Part shown: one piece after another, positions 35,475 to 48,834 of the stretch
Layout: every line of letters begins with the position of its first letter
Numbering within the stretch: the stretch's first letter is position 1
Origin: Camelus dromedarius
Taxonomy: Eukaryota
Length of the DNA stretch: 64,000 nucleotides
Direction: 5' to 3'
Assembly (NCBI RefSeq): GCF_036321535.1
Contig: NC_087473.1
Span: forward strand, 13,206,001-13,270,000
The notes under the pieces: generated by a model
The model's input: only the letters and a program-made list of their open reading frames with translations
Told to the model about the DNA's origin: nothing
Database searches by the model: none
Position numbers and translations under genes: made by a program

Positions 35475-35491
35475 ACGCAGCGCTCGACTGT
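35475..35491 (-). other. Probable PacBio barcode bc1008 (ACAGTCGAGCGCTGCGT) embedded in the assembly; technical artefact
   Basis: ACGCAGCGCTCGACTGT replaces the 18-mer CTTCCCCGGCCCAC(G/A)CAA found in all other units. Its reverse complement equals the bc1008 barcoded-overhang-adapter sequence as I recall it. Confidence 0.88.
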
Positions 35492-36633
35492 CAGGTCCCC
35501 AGCGCACCAGCCTGTCTCTTTCGTTGCTTCCTGCTCCGAGACCCTGCCCTGTTCGGAGGCAACCTGGCCTCCCCGGAGCAGCAGCCGAGTCCTGCCCTTC
35601 CCACGTCCTCCACTTCCTCAGGACCGCCTCTCTGCCACACACGGGCAGCCGGTTCAAAAGCCCCACCGGACTGGGCCGGAACATCGCCAATCGGCGACCC
35701 GCGAACAATCACACAGGACGGGAGCAAGACAGGAGCACTCGTTAGCTTGTTGATGTCTCTCTCGGCCTCATTCCGGGTACGTGCTGCCCACCCTCTGCAA
35801 CCTCCACTGGCGATCCTTTCCTCGTTCCTCTCCGTTGCCCCAGACCCCGGCCGCCGGCCTCCCGCGTCTGCACGCGCCTCCGGGCTCTCCTTCTACTCGG
35901 CCGAACTCGCCTGCTCCGTCGCCTTCACCGCCAGCTCTGCAGGACCACCGACGCGTGAGAAAGCCTGCTCGCGGGCACGCGTGCACAGAACGACACGGAC
36001 ACGCTCGGGAACAACACAAGGCGTAGCTGAAGCGGCCTGTGTCCAACAGACAACCGGAGAGATGGCGCACAACAGGCAGCACGCCCCGCCCTTTCTCCCC
36101 GGCGCCTCCCCGCTGGCCACCAGCCAGCCTGCGGCCCTTTCCAGGGCCGTCCGGGTGGAGCCAGGTCGCTAAGGGATGCGCCTGGACATTCAGGGAAGAC
36201 TGGGAGAACCAGCCCAGGAGAGGGACGGGACGCGACCCGGGAGCCCACCTCCTCAGCGTCTGGAGGCCTTGGCCATGCGGCCGGGGGCGGACGGAGGGGC
36301 CCAGCTGATCCCAAACGCGGAGGCAGTCGGACGAGGCCCCAGGGAGGGCCGAAGCCAGGAAGTGCCGACGCACATGAGGGTGCCTGAGGAGGCCCGCTCC
36401 TTTCTCGGACACCCCTGGGACGTTCACCGAAAGCTGAAAGCTTCGGTGCTCTGCGCGTGCGCCTGGGTCCTCCGGGCCCCTGGCTCACCCTCGCGCCCGC
36501 TCCCTGGGCGGCCTGGGGTCGCCCCGCTCCCAGGCTTCTCTCAGCCTGCCTCTCCCCGATTGGGAAAGGGTCCGGGAAACACTCTTCACCAACACCCCCA
36601 GCCCCCCGGGCTCCTCAGGGACGTGTCCCCCTC

Positions 36634-38669
36634 TCAGTTACCTCTCCCGGCGCCTTGCTCCCTCGGGTAGCAGCGCAGGGGGTTGGGCCACAGGTCCTCG
36701 CCGATGATCTGGCAGAGGGAACGGGCAGGTCGGGACAGGGCCCACACCCCTTCCCCGAGCAGCTGGCCACCGCCGACGTCGCCATTTCCGACCAGGCCCC
36801 GAGGGACCCCCACCTCAGCAATCCCGTTAGACCCGGGGCACTTGTGGCCTGACAACCAGTTGAGGAAGTGAAGACTGACGGTGTCCTGCCTGCGGCTGGG
36901 GGCTCCCCGTTCGTAATCCCAGAACCACTGGACTGGAGTGGAACTATACGCCCTATAGCCTAGAGGAAGAGTGGGGATACGGGGAGGGATCGCCCTGGCC
37001 CAGCGTCCAAGGCCTCCGGGGCACACCCCGCCCCGCCCCGCCCCGCCCCGCTCCGCTCCCTTCCCCCATCCCGGGACAGCCCACCTACCTGCGAAGCTAA
37101 GGTGATACTCCTTAAGGATCACTTGGTTGCACAAGTAGGGCTTGCTCCGGAAAAAGAACATCAGTCTGCAGCGGTACTCGGGGCGGCCCAGTTCCTGCGC
37201 CTGCCACGCCCAACAGCAGGAGAAGAGTGAACTCTCGTCCCGGCCACCTGAGCTGGCCTGCCCGGCAGGGATGAACCACTTCCCCTTCCGCTCTCCCGCT
37301 GCTCACACCCAGCCCTCGGGGACACCCGGCCCCCTCCGCCCCGCATCCCCCATCCCCCACCCCCCACCCCCCACCGTGGCCTCCGTCTGCCCGGCCTGAC
37401 CTGCAGCTGGATCATGTAGCTCCGCACACCTTCGTCTCGGTCACTGATCAAGGCCGACAGCTGGGGATGATTCACAATCTTCAGTAGGTCAAGGAGCCTT
37501 CACGTGTTACGGCTGGAAGAGCCACAGCCAACACAGCCAGGCTGGGGCGAAAGGAAGAGACCAGACAGGCGATCTGCCGGGACTCCGGGCGCGCACTGCT
37601 GCCCACCCCATCGCCCCACACCTCCGACCTCCTCGGCCCCTGCCCTGCCGTCTCACACGCACGTGGAGGCGGGGTTCCGGCCTTCCCGTGCATCTTGGGC
37701 TGTCCGCACCCCCTCGGGGAGCGCCTGTTCCCCGATCGTCCCCGACCTCTAGCTGGCCTGCGTGTGCTGGGTGCAGGCTTGTCACCGCGGGCGGAGTCGG
37801 GATGTGCTCTGCCCCCGTGGACCCATGCCTCCTCTGAGTAGGGGACGCCCCAGGGGTGCTGACAGGAAGCCCCGGGCCTCTGAGCCGCCCTCTGCGGTGA
37901 GAGGAGTCTGTCTGTATGGCTAAGTCTGCAGCTCCGGGGGACTCACAGGGTGCAACGGGGAGGGCACGTGCTTCTGCCTGCACGAGAAGGCCCGGTGGAG
38001 GCCGGGCTCGGAGCCCACCCGAGGGCGTGTCTGGGGTCCCGTAGTCTTGCCCGGGACGGGGGCCTCTTGCAGCTCACACCTGGCCGCGGACGACCTGGGT
38101 CCTTGGCACGGACGTGGCGGCAACATATCCACAGCCTCTGGCTGACTGGGATGGGTCCTGCACGCCCACCGGTCTCCTGGGATTTCCCCCGGAGACTGCA
38201 CACTTCCACTCTCTGCTCTGTGGGGAAGGTGCTGGGGGCTCTGCGCGTGCTTTTCACTGTTGCCGTGTGCCCCATGACCCCAGGAAGGCTTCCCCTGCAG
38301 GCCCCACGCCAGAAGGTTCCACCCAAATTTGGCGCTCCCACGCCTGCACGTTTGGCCTTTGGCCCTCAGCGCCCTCATGCTGTGCCCTTGCAGGCCTCCA
38401 TGCCTCCACTCTCAGGCCTCTTCCCTTGGCCTTGGCGCCCGCCTTCCTCGCTTCCTCCTGCCCCTTGTTCCGCCGCTCCCAGTCCTCCTCTTCTTTCTCC
38501 TCCTGCTTCCCCTCCCCACCCTGCCCTGCGCCCCCGCACCCAGACCCCCGGCCCTGGCCCCGGCCCCAGTCCGTTGCCGCCTCCCCTCCTCCTCCCCCTG
38601 TCCCAACCTCCTTCTCGCCCTGTTCCCCCTCCTCGGCCCCCTCCTGCCCTCCAGCAGCAGCCAGCCCCA

Positions 38670-38740
<71 letters not shown>

Positions 38741-39106
38741 CAGCAGCAGCAAGTATACAGGTTTGGCCCAGAAGCCGGGGATGTCCTGGATGATGGCTTT
38801 TCTTCGATCCAAACGAGGCTCCCGCCTCCGTCGGATCCTGCGCTTGAGCCGCAAGTAGGCCCCGCTGGCTTGGGCGTTCACAGCGCTCTGCTCTAACTGA
38901 AGGGCACCCAGCGCCTCCAGCGGGCTCAGAGAGGTCGGGGGTCCGCTCCCTGGCTCTGCGCGCCCCTGCTTCCGGGGCTTCTCTTCCCGCTCCTTGGCCT
39001 GCACCTCCTCCTCCTCCTCCTCCTCCCGCGGCTCCTGCTCCTCCTGCTCCTCCTCCGCCACCACCTCCTCCATGTCGTCCGACAGCAGCGCCAACGCCTC
39101 CCCCAT
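36634..39106 (-). CDS. TSPY: TSPY-like protein, copy 5. Exons 39106-38759, 37478-37401, 37200-37089, 36959-36814, 36708-36634
   Basis: Same structure, with private A>S (LLSDD, 39082) and E>Q (IQLQ, 37403) changes. Upstream in-frame TGA at 39160-39158. Confidence 0.9.
38672..38752. repeat. Interrupted CAG/CTG repeat, copy 5 (27 triplets)
   Basis: Read directly. Confidence 0.97.
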
Positions 39107-39157
39107 GCCCACAACCTCCGCCTCTGTCGATGCAGCTGCTGCCGCTGCCGCCGCCAC

Positions 39158-39592
39158 TCACTCCCGCACGGCCTCCACCCTCAGGCTGCTGGCCTCCTCG
39201 CACCTGCCACCCGCTAGTGCCTGCTCTGTTCCCAGCCCTGCCATGGCAGCGGGAGGCCCGCGGGCCCCTGCCTCCTGAAGGCCCCCTCCCACAGCTAAGG
39301 CCACCCAGGATTCCTGGGGAGCCCCGCCTTCCCCGGGCCCCCGCCTCACTGGCCCTGTGGCCCTGGCCCTGAGCTGCGAGCCGCAGCTGCCAATGCCGAG
39401 GAAGAAGGAGCGGGAGGTGGAGGCGTAGCACGCGGCCGGAGGAGCCGGCCGAGCGGCCGAGGTCCCCGCGCGCAGGCGCTGCCGCTGGCGCTCCGCGCTT
39501 GGGTCTTCCAGGGCTCGCTGCCGCCCGGACCCGGCGGCCTGCTGTGCGGCCCCCTGGCAGCTGGGGCGCATGGGCATGGCCTCGTACCCCAT
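39158..39592 (-). pseudogene. Stop-severed TSPY N-terminal segment, copy 5 (12-bp in-frame deletion)
   Basis: As copy 1; ORF-track entry 39158..39691. Confidence 0.7.
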
Positions 39593-42500
39593 CCCCGCCA
39601 CGCCCCACGAGGCCCGTGGGAATTTGCAGCTTGGCTGGAAGGAGGCCCGAGTCGAGTCGGGCCCAGGCCGCTCGCCCCACCTCCCGACCAATCGGGGAGC
39701 GGCCAGTGGGCGTCACCCTGCAAGGCCCCGCCCCCCGGCCGGGAACCCGGCCGGCCGCCTGGCCTCCGCAGCCCCAGCTTTCAGCCCAGCTCCCTGCCCA
39801 GCTTCCAGGGGGCACCTGGGCCGCGCGCTGCCTCCAGGGAGGCCTCCGGCCTTGCATCTCTCTGGCACTGCCCGGCGGCCCGCTGACACCTCTTCGGTTT
39901 CTGTCACCTCCCACCACGTGCCCCCCACCTCCCCACCCCACCCCCAACCCCACCCCCGACCACCTGTCACTCCGGTTTCACGCGGCCCCTTCACCCCCTG
40001 GGAAATCTGCTAAGCTCCAGAGGGAAAGACAGCCCGGGTACTTTGCTTCCAGCCAGTGTCTGTCAGAGTTGAACTGCTCTGCTCTAGGGGACAAAAGCCA
40101 TGCAGCAGCGTGTTCTCTTTGTCTTCGCTCTCTCTCCCTGTCTCCCCCTTGCTGTGACTCTCCCGCGTCTCTCTCTGTGTGTCTCTGCGCCTCTCTGCGT
40201 GTGGCCGTGCGTGTGTGGGTGGGTGTGCGTGTGAGTGTCTCCGCTTCCGCTCTCTCCCTCCCTCCCTCGCCCCCTCCCCTCCCGTTCCCGGGATCTCTGT
40301 TAGCTCCCACAGACACATAATGGCTTTCAGAAAGCTACCCTGCCCGGAAATAGAAGACCTCTCCGCCCGGGCCAGCGGAACCCCACAGTCTGGACGTGGG
40401 CGTGTCCACACCATTGCACGACGGCCCTTCCTGTGCTAGAGAGGCCAGGCCGTGCCTTTCTCCCAGCCAGCAAAGGTGACCGGCATCCGTCGCCGCCGGG
40501 ATCGCCCGACACTGCGCAAGACGAAGCCCTGGCCAGCCTGTGCCGAGAGAGACAGGCAGAGGGACGACGCGGTTTGCCGGCACGCTGGACCCACCCCCCC
40601 CCCACCCTCCACCCCGCCCCGAACAGTGGTGTTTGGCAGCCCAGACAGTAAGGTGTTTAGGACGCCACCCGGGTCGGCGGCCACCGCACGGCACGCCTTC
40701 AGCGCCGCAGACGGAAGGAAGTGACTTCTGCCCGCAGTGTGAACGCCCTTGGAGGTGGTTCCGCTCTCGCCCAGCCTCCAGATGAGCACCCGTCCCAGCC
40801 TTCGCCTTCACTGCAGCCTTTCTCGCCGACAAAGCCAGTGTGTGCCACTTGCTAATGCAGCGCTGCTGGTCGGCCTCCCGAACCTTACCAAACAAGCAAG
40901 GCAAGGTGTTTCCTGTCGGCCTACTCGGAGGGAGGACAGGACGCGTGTGCCGCCGCCAAGGAGCTCAAGGTTCAAAGGCGGTTGTCGCTCTGGGGGCGGG
41001 GGCGGGGGCGGGGGGCCCTGGTCTTCCGCACGCGGCAAGCAATCTGCCCTATCCTATTTCCTGCGTCCTTCGCACCTTCCCTGTCTCTCCAGAAAGCACG
41101 GGACTTCCCCACTGCCTCTTCTGGCAGCCCGGTGATTCCAGCTGGCCCAGAGTCGACGTCCGTTTCGAAAGCCTGTCACGTTTTCAGGGTCCGTGCACGC
41201 ACGCCTGCCTTCGAGCCCCACTCTCAGGCCTCCTCACCAGACACGCACACGCACACGCACACGCACGAGCGGAGGCACACCTGCACGCGTGCAGACCTAT
41301 ACGTCTACACGCTGCCCGCCGTCTGTGTTTCCAGGAGAAAGGATTTTTTACCTGCGCCCCTCTCGCCCCGCTCCCGCAGCCCGTCGTGTGAGTCCTTGTT
41401 CTCTCCCCGGATATTGCTGCCTTCCGCCCGCCTGGGTTGGCTTCTCTCCCAGCTGCCTTTGACTGCCGGACCGCGGGAAGCACACAGGCACGACGTCATT
41501 TCCCTTGGTCCTCTCTCACCAAGCGGAGAGGAATCTCAAGCTGTCTGGGGCCTAGCCGTCTTGGAGCTCACCTGTCCCTTCCTGCCGATGTCCCGGGCGC
41601 TCCAGTGCCCCCAGTGAGCTTCCCAGCGAGATGCTCGTGCCCTCCTTTGCTCTGCACGAGCACGTGTCTGCCCTGAACTGCCTTCTTGTTGCCTCTCACA
41701 CGGCCTTCGGAGGCCCCTGGCAGCCAGGGCTCTTTGCAAGAGCTGTCTTCCTGTAGCACAAGAGGGCCAAGTGTAAGCTGTCTTGCCGAAGCGTCCCACA
41801 CAAGGTCCTTAAGAATGTGGGGATCACCGCCTGTCTGAAGGAAGAAGCCAGTGAAGCCGAGCAGGGAAGGGTCAGGTGGCCGCCCTTCCCGTCCTGCCGT
41901 CTGCCGCAGAGCCTGCCGCGACACACACGGGCAGGCGCGCACTCACTCACAGACACGCACGCTCGCACGCACACTCACGCGCAGAGCCACCTCGGGAATC
42001 TTGCAGGCCCTGGGACCAGAGATCGTGCCTCCCTGGGGCGGAAGGCAGCATGCCTTTTCGTGTGCCCGGAGCCCTGGCTACCACTCAGGGGCCTCAGGGG
42101 CTTTGTAAATGTCAGGGCTACCGTTCGGCCTCTCTGGATCCTTCTCTGCTGGCCACGCCCACGGCTCAGGTATCCCTCGTGGCCTACACGTCCCTCAGGC
42201 CACACGCTCCAGGTCACGGGTGGGCCAGGCCACATCCAAGGGGCCGACTTAAGACGGGCGGTGACCCGTCGGCGCCCCCTGGCCCAGACCTCTCGCGGGT
42301 CGCCTGTGACAAGAGCGGAGGACGGGCCGCAGCATCACAGGCCAGAGACGTGCAAGGCGCCAGCCGCACACGGACGTGCGTGCATGTGAGGCGTGATGGA
42401 GGGCAGGGAGCCGGGGCACCTGACAGGGGGGCTCCCGGCCACAGTCAGACAAACAGACACAGATGCATCCGCGGCAAGAGGGGAGCAAGACGGGCAAGGC

Positions 42501-45500
42501 CCACCCAGAAACTGCCTTTCCACGCAGGACACCAGCAAGCCCCTGGCCAACGTCCGTACGCCCGACCCGTCCTGCGACAGTGGGAGCCTGCCCGTGCGCA
42601 CTTCCATCGATGAGGGAGACCAGCGCCGGACATGTCGTCGCGCCTGGGACTGCCCGGGTGCCCTGGTACCCGCAGGGGCGGCACGGAGGATGTGGGTCCT
42701 CCACCGTGGGACAACACCTGAAGGTAAGGGCCCGAGTGAAATGCCCCAGCAGGCATGGCCAGTTCCCACGTCCGTCTGAGCTTTGTCCGAGCCCCAGGAA
42801 GAATCCCACTTAAGCCGCGTCGCGTCCTCCAGGTTGGACCGCAAGGCCCGGCCACGGCACCCGAGCCTACGGGGGCCGGCTGCCTGTAAGCCTTCCTCCC
42901 CTACCCGTTGCCGGCTCGACACGTTCCCCGCCTCCACTGCAGGGCAGGCCGGACCCGACCCCAGCCGTGGCGCCTACGGGCGCTTGGGGCGGCAAAGGTC
43001 GAGCGAGCCTTGTGAGAACCCTGCCCAATCATTCCTCGAGTCTCTCCCCTTTGGCAGGTCCTTCTCAAGAGCCCTGGCCAGGCCTAGAGGCCTGAGGGGC
43101 CGCGGCCCTGCGGGGCGCCCACCACGGCCGCCTCAGCCCTCCCTCTGGGCCCCAGCCGCAGGGTCCCTGCAACGCAGCTGCCCTCGTGCCTTCAGAGCAG
43201 GGGAACCTAGGCACTGACCTGGGGAAGGGGCGAGGACAGCAGCAGCCCGAGCGGGACAAGAGGGGACCTCTGCCACCCTACGATTGTACACGGAGGCTCT
43301 CCGGCCTTCGGGTCCCCAAACCCGACAGGCCGCAGCTGGTAGCGGACAGCCGGTGCCGCTGGGAGGCCAGGGAGGGCTGGGATCCATGAACCTCCCACCG
43401 CAACCCTCCACGACCGTGAAACGTTCTGCTGGGGCAGTCGGTCAAGCACACCCCCAAAGTGCGGCAAAGCAGGGGCGCTGTGGGGTGTCGTCGGGGACAG
43501 AGATGCTCACCACGCGGCCAAACTGCAAGGGACCAGGAGGGAGAGAGGGGGCACGCACCGCGCTCTCCCAGGCCCGGCTGTCCCACAGACGGTGCCTAGC
43601 TTTGTGCGGGGACCTCAGGTGTCTCCGGAAAGCGGCTGTCCCCTCGGGAAGGACCCCGCCGGGTGCTGGCCACCGACTGCCCTCCCCATCCCGTCTCGTC
43701 CCGCCCCCCACCCCAGACCTGCCCACTCGCCACCCCCCCAACACACACAGCCCCCCACCGCCTGCCGCCATCCCTCCCACAGGCCCCTTGCCCAAGATCT
43801 GTCTGCACCAGGACTGTCCCCTTCCGGTGGCCTGATGCCCAGGCAGCTCGGGGCTGTGTGTTGGAGGGATGTGTGGCTGGCAGTTCCCTGACCAGGACAG
43901 AGCCGCAGGGACTGTGTCCCGAGGAGAAGCGTGAGTTACTCTGAACGTTCGGGCCCCTTAGCTAGCCAGCGCAGACTCGGGTAGAAGCTTTCGGCCTACG
44001 TGTCACACAGCCTGAAGAGCGGCACAGCCCGCCACGGCGCAACGCCGGCGTGGGAGAGAGGGGAGGCGGCACACTGCCGGTCTGGGGCGGCGCGGGCCCT
44101 GCGGCCCCGCCCCCTGACCTTCGCCCCTCGGACTGTTGCGCCCCACGAGGAGACCCCAGGGAAAGGAAGGCGCTCACGCCCCGGGAGGCCTTTCCAGCAG
44201 GGGGAAGGGGCTCCTGTCTGCCACTTCCTCTCCTCCCCAAGACCCCGGAGCCTGAAAGCCAGCAATCTCGCTGCTGCCCCAGCCCCCGGAGGCGCCGGTC
44301 TTTTCCGCTCCCGCCCAGCCCCCGCCCGCAAACAGCCCGGCACCCTTGCCCGCCTGCTCCCCTGCTCCCTCACCCGCACAGCCTCACGCGCCGGCACGGG
44401 GCCACAGCCGCAGCTCACGCCCGCCTTTCCCTCACACTTGCTTGGACCCCTGCGCCGCCCCACCCAGCCAGGGCTGAGCGGGGTCATGCCCGGAAGGATT
44501 CCACACTCACAGCCTGCCTCCTGGGGCGCCTGGGGGTGAACAGGGACCCTCGGCTTAAGAAGTCGCCCGTCTGGCGTGGGGCCGACGGCTGGCGCACACC
44601 CCAGACGGAGGGGGCTGAGTGAGGCTCCGCGAGCAGAGTGAACACTGAACCCAAGCCACAGCGGGCCACGAGGCCCCTACCCGCCAGCACCGGTCCCCGT
44701 CTCCTTCCCCGGCCCACGCAACAGGTCCCCAGCGCACCAGCCTGTCTCTTTCGTTGCTTCCTGCTCCGAGACCCTGCCCTGTTCGGAGGCAACCTGGCCT
44801 CCCCGGAGCAGCAGCCGAGTCCTGCCCTTCCCACGTCCTCCACTTCCTCAGGACCGCCTCTCTGCCACACACGGGCAGCCGGTTCAAAAGCCCCACCGGA
44901 CTGGGCCGGAACATCGCCAATCGGCGACCCGCGAACAATCACACAGGACGGGAGCAAGACAGGAGCACTCGTTAGCTTGTTGATGTCTCTCTCGGCCTCA
45001 TTCCGGGTACGTGCTGCCCACCCTCTGCAACCTCCACTGGCGATCCTTTCCTCGTTCCTCTCCGTTGCCCCAGACCCCGGCCGCCGGCCTCCCGCGTCTG
45101 CACGCGCCTCCGGGCTCTCCTTCTACTCGGCCGAACTCGCCTGCTCCGTCGCCTTCACCGCCAGCTCTGCAGGACCACCGACGCGTGAGAAAGCCTGCTC
45201 GCGGGCACGCGTGCACAGAACGACACGGACACGCTCGGGAACAACACAAGGCGTAGCTGAAGCGGCCTGTGTCCAACAGACAACCGGAGAGATGGCGCAC
45301 AACAGGCAGCACGCCCCGCCCTTTCTCCCCGGCGCCTCCCCGCTGGCCACCAGCCAGCCTGCGGCCCTTTCCAGGGCCGTCCGGGTGGAGCCAGGTCGCT
45401 AAGGGATGCGCCTGGACATTCAGGGAAGACTGGGAGAACCAGCCCAGGAGAGGGACGGGACGCGACCCGGGAGCCCACCTCCTCAGCGTCTGGAGGCCTT

Positions 45501-45863
45501 GGCCATGCGGCCGGGGGCGGACGGAGGGGCCCAGCTGATCCCAAACGCGGAGGCAGTCGGACGAGGCCCCAGGGAGGGCCGAAGCCAGGAAGTGCCGACG
45601 CACATGAGGGTGCCTGAGGAGGCCCGCTCCTTTCTCGGACACCCCTGGGACGTTCACCGAAAGCTGAAAGCTTCGGTGCTCTGCGCGTGCGCCTGGGTCC
45701 TCCGGGCCCCTGGCTCACCCTCGCGCCCGCTCCCTGGGCGGCCTGGGGTCGCCCCGCTCCCAGGCTTCTCTCAGCCTGCCTCTCCCCGATTGGGAAAGGG
45801 TCCGGGAAACACTCTTCACCAACACCCCCAGCCCCCCGGGCTCCTCAGGGACGTGTCCCCCTC

Positions 45864-47896
45864 TCAGTTACCTCTCCCGGCGCCTTGCTCCCTCGGGTAG
45901 CAGCGCAGGGGGTTGGGCCACAGGTCCTCGCCGATGATCTGGCAGAGGGAACGGGCAGGTCGGGACAGGGCCCACACCCCTTCCCCGAGCAGCTGGCCAC
46001 CGCCGACGTCGCCATTTCCGACCAGGCCCCGAGGGACCCCCACCTCAGCAATCCCGTTAGACCCGGGGCACTTGTGGCCTGACAACCAGTTGAGGAAGTG
46101 AAGACTGACGGTGTCCTGCCTGCGGCTGGGGGCTCCCCGTTCGTAATCCCAGAACCACTGGACTGGAGTGGAACTATACGCCCTATAGCCTAGAGGAAGA
46201 GTGGGGATACGGGGAGGGATCGCCCTGGCCCAGCGTCCAAGGCCTCCGGGGCACACCCCGCCCCGCCCCGCCCCGCCCCGCTCCCTTCCCCCATCCCGGG
46301 ACAGCCCACCTACCTGCGAAGCTAAGGTGATACTCCTTAAGGATCACTTGGTTGCACAAGTAGGGCTTGCTCCGGAAAAAGAACATCAGTCTGCAGCGGT
46401 ACTCGGGGCGGCCCAGTTCCTGCGCCTGCCACGCCCAACAGCAGGAGAAGAGTGAACTCTCGTCCCGGCCACCTGAGCTGGCCTGCCCGGCAGGGATGAA
46501 CCACTTCCCCTTCCGCTCTCCCGCTGCTCACACCCAGCCCTCGGGGACACCCGGCCCCCTCCGCCCCGCATCCCCCATCCCCCACCCCCCACCCCCCACC
46601 GTGGCCTCCGTCTGCCCGGCCTGACCTCCAGCTGGATCATGTAGCTCCGCACACCTTCGTCTCGGTCACTGATCAAGGCCGACAGCTGGGGATGATTCAC
46701 AATCTTCAGTAGGTCAAGGAGCCTTCACGTGTTACGGCTGGAAGAGCCACAGCCAACACAGCCAGGCTGGGGCGAAAGGAAGAGACCAGACAGGCGATCT
46801 GCCGGGACTCCGGGCGCGCACTGCTGCCCACCCCATCGCCCCACACCTCCGACCTCCTCGGCCCCTGCCCTGCCGTCTCACACGCACGTGGAGGCGGGGT
46901 TCCGGCCTTCCCGTGCATCTTGGGCTGTCCGCACCCCCTCGGGGAGCGCCTGTTCCCTCGATCGTCCCCGACATTCCAGCTGGCCTGCGTGTGCTGGGTG
47001 CAGGCTTGTCACCGCGGGCGGAGTCGGGATGTGCTCTGCCCCCGTGGACCCATGCCTCCTCTGAGTAGGGGACGCCCCAGGGGTGCTGACAGGAAGCCCC
47101 GGGCCTCTGAGCCGCCCTCTGCGGTGAGAGGAGTCTGTCTGTATGGCTAAGTCTGCAGCTCCGGGGGACTCACAGGGTGCAACGGGGAGGGCACGTGCTT
47201 CTGCCTGCACGAGAAGGCCCGGTGGAGGCCGGGCTCGGAGCCCACCCGAGGGCGTGTCTGGGGTCCCGTAGTCTTGCCCGGGACGGGGGCCTCTTGCAGC
47301 TCACACCTGGCCGCGGACGACCTGGGTCCTTGGCACGGACGTGGCGGCAACATATCCACAGCCTCTGGCTGACTGGGATGGGTCCTGCACGCCCACCGGT
47401 CTCCTGGGATTTCCCCCGGAGACTGCACACTTCCACTCTCTGCTCTGTGGGGAAGGTGCTGGGGGCTCTGCGCGTGCTTTCCACTGTTGCCGTGTGCCCC
47501 ATGACCCCAGGAAGGCTTCCCCTGCAGGCCCCACGCCAGAAGGTTCCACCCAAATTTGGCGCTCCCACGCCTGCACGTTTGGCCTTTGGCCCTCAGCGCC
47601 CTCATGCTGTGCCCTTGCAGGCCTCCATGCCTCCACTCTCAGGCCTCTTCCCTTGGCCTTGGCGCCCGCCTTCCTCGCTTCCTCCTGCCCCTTGTTCCGC
47701 CGCTCCCAGTCCTCCTCTTCTTTCTCCTCCTGCTTCCCCTCCCCACCCTGCCCTGCGCCCCCGCACCCAGACCCCCGGCCCTGGCCCCGGCCCCAGTCCG
47801 TTGCCGCCTCCCCTCCTCCTCCCCCTGTCCCAACCTCCTTCTCGCCCTGTTCCCCCTCCTCGGCCCCCTCCTGCCCTCCAGCAGCAGCCAGCCCCA

Positions 47897-47970
<74 letters not shown>

Positions 47971-48336
47971 CAGCAGCAGCAAGTATACAGGTTTGGCCCA
48001 GAAGCCGGGGATGTCCTGGATGATGGCTTTTCTTCGATCCAAACGAGGCTCCCGCCTCCGTCGGATCCTGCGCTTGAGCCGCAAGTAGGCCCCGCTGGCT
48101 TGGGCGTTCACAGCGCTCTGCTCTAACTGAAGGGCCCCCAGCGCCTCCAGCGGGCTCAGAGAGGTCGGGGGTCCGCTCCCTGGCTCTGCGCGCCCCTGCT
48201 TCCGGGGCTTCTCTTCCCGCTCCTTGGCCTGCACCTCCTCCTCCTCCTCCTCCTCCCGCGGCTCCTGCTCCTCCTGCTCCTCCTCCGCCACCACCTCCTC
48301 CATGTCGTCCGCCAGCAGCGCCAACGCCTCCCCCAT
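45864..48336 (-). CDS. TSPY: TSPY-like protein, copy 6. Exons 48336-47989, 46703-46626, 46425-46314, 46189-46044, 45938-45864
   Basis: Same structure and motifs. Upstream in-frame TGA at 48390-48388. Confidence 0.9.
47899..47982. repeat. Interrupted CAG/CTG repeat, copy 6 (28 triplets)
   Basis: Read directly. Confidence 0.97.
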
Positions 48337-48387
48337 GCCCACAACCTCCGCCTCTGTCGATGCAGCTGCTGCCGCTGCCGCCGCCGC

Positions 48388-48834
48388 TCACTCCCGCACG
48401 GCCTCCACCCTCAGGCTGCTGGCCTCCTCGCACCTGCCACCCGCTAGTGCCTGCTCTGTTCCCAGCCCTGCCATGGCAGCGGGAGGCCCGCGGGCCCCTG
48501 CCTCCTGAAGGCCCCCTCCCACAGCTAAGGCCACCCAGGATTCCTGGGGAGCCCCGCCTTCCCCGGGCCCCCGCCTCACTGGCCCTGTGGCCCTGGCCCT
48601 GAGCTGCGAGCCGCAGCTGCCAATGCCGAGGAACAAGGAGCGGGAGGTGGAGGCGTAGCACGTGGCCGGAGGAGCCGGCCGAGCGGCCGAGGTCCCCGCG
48701 CGCAGGCGCTGCCGCTGGCGCTGGCGCTGGCGCTCCGCGCTTGGGTCTTCCAGGGCTCGCTGCCGCCCGGACCCGGCGGCCTGCTGTGCGGCCCCCTGGC
48801 AGCTGGGGCGCATGGGCATGGCCTCGTACCCCAT
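48388..48834 (-). pseudogene. Stop-severed TSPY N-terminal segment, copy 6
   Basis: As copy 1; ORF-track entry 48388..48933. Confidence 0.7.
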
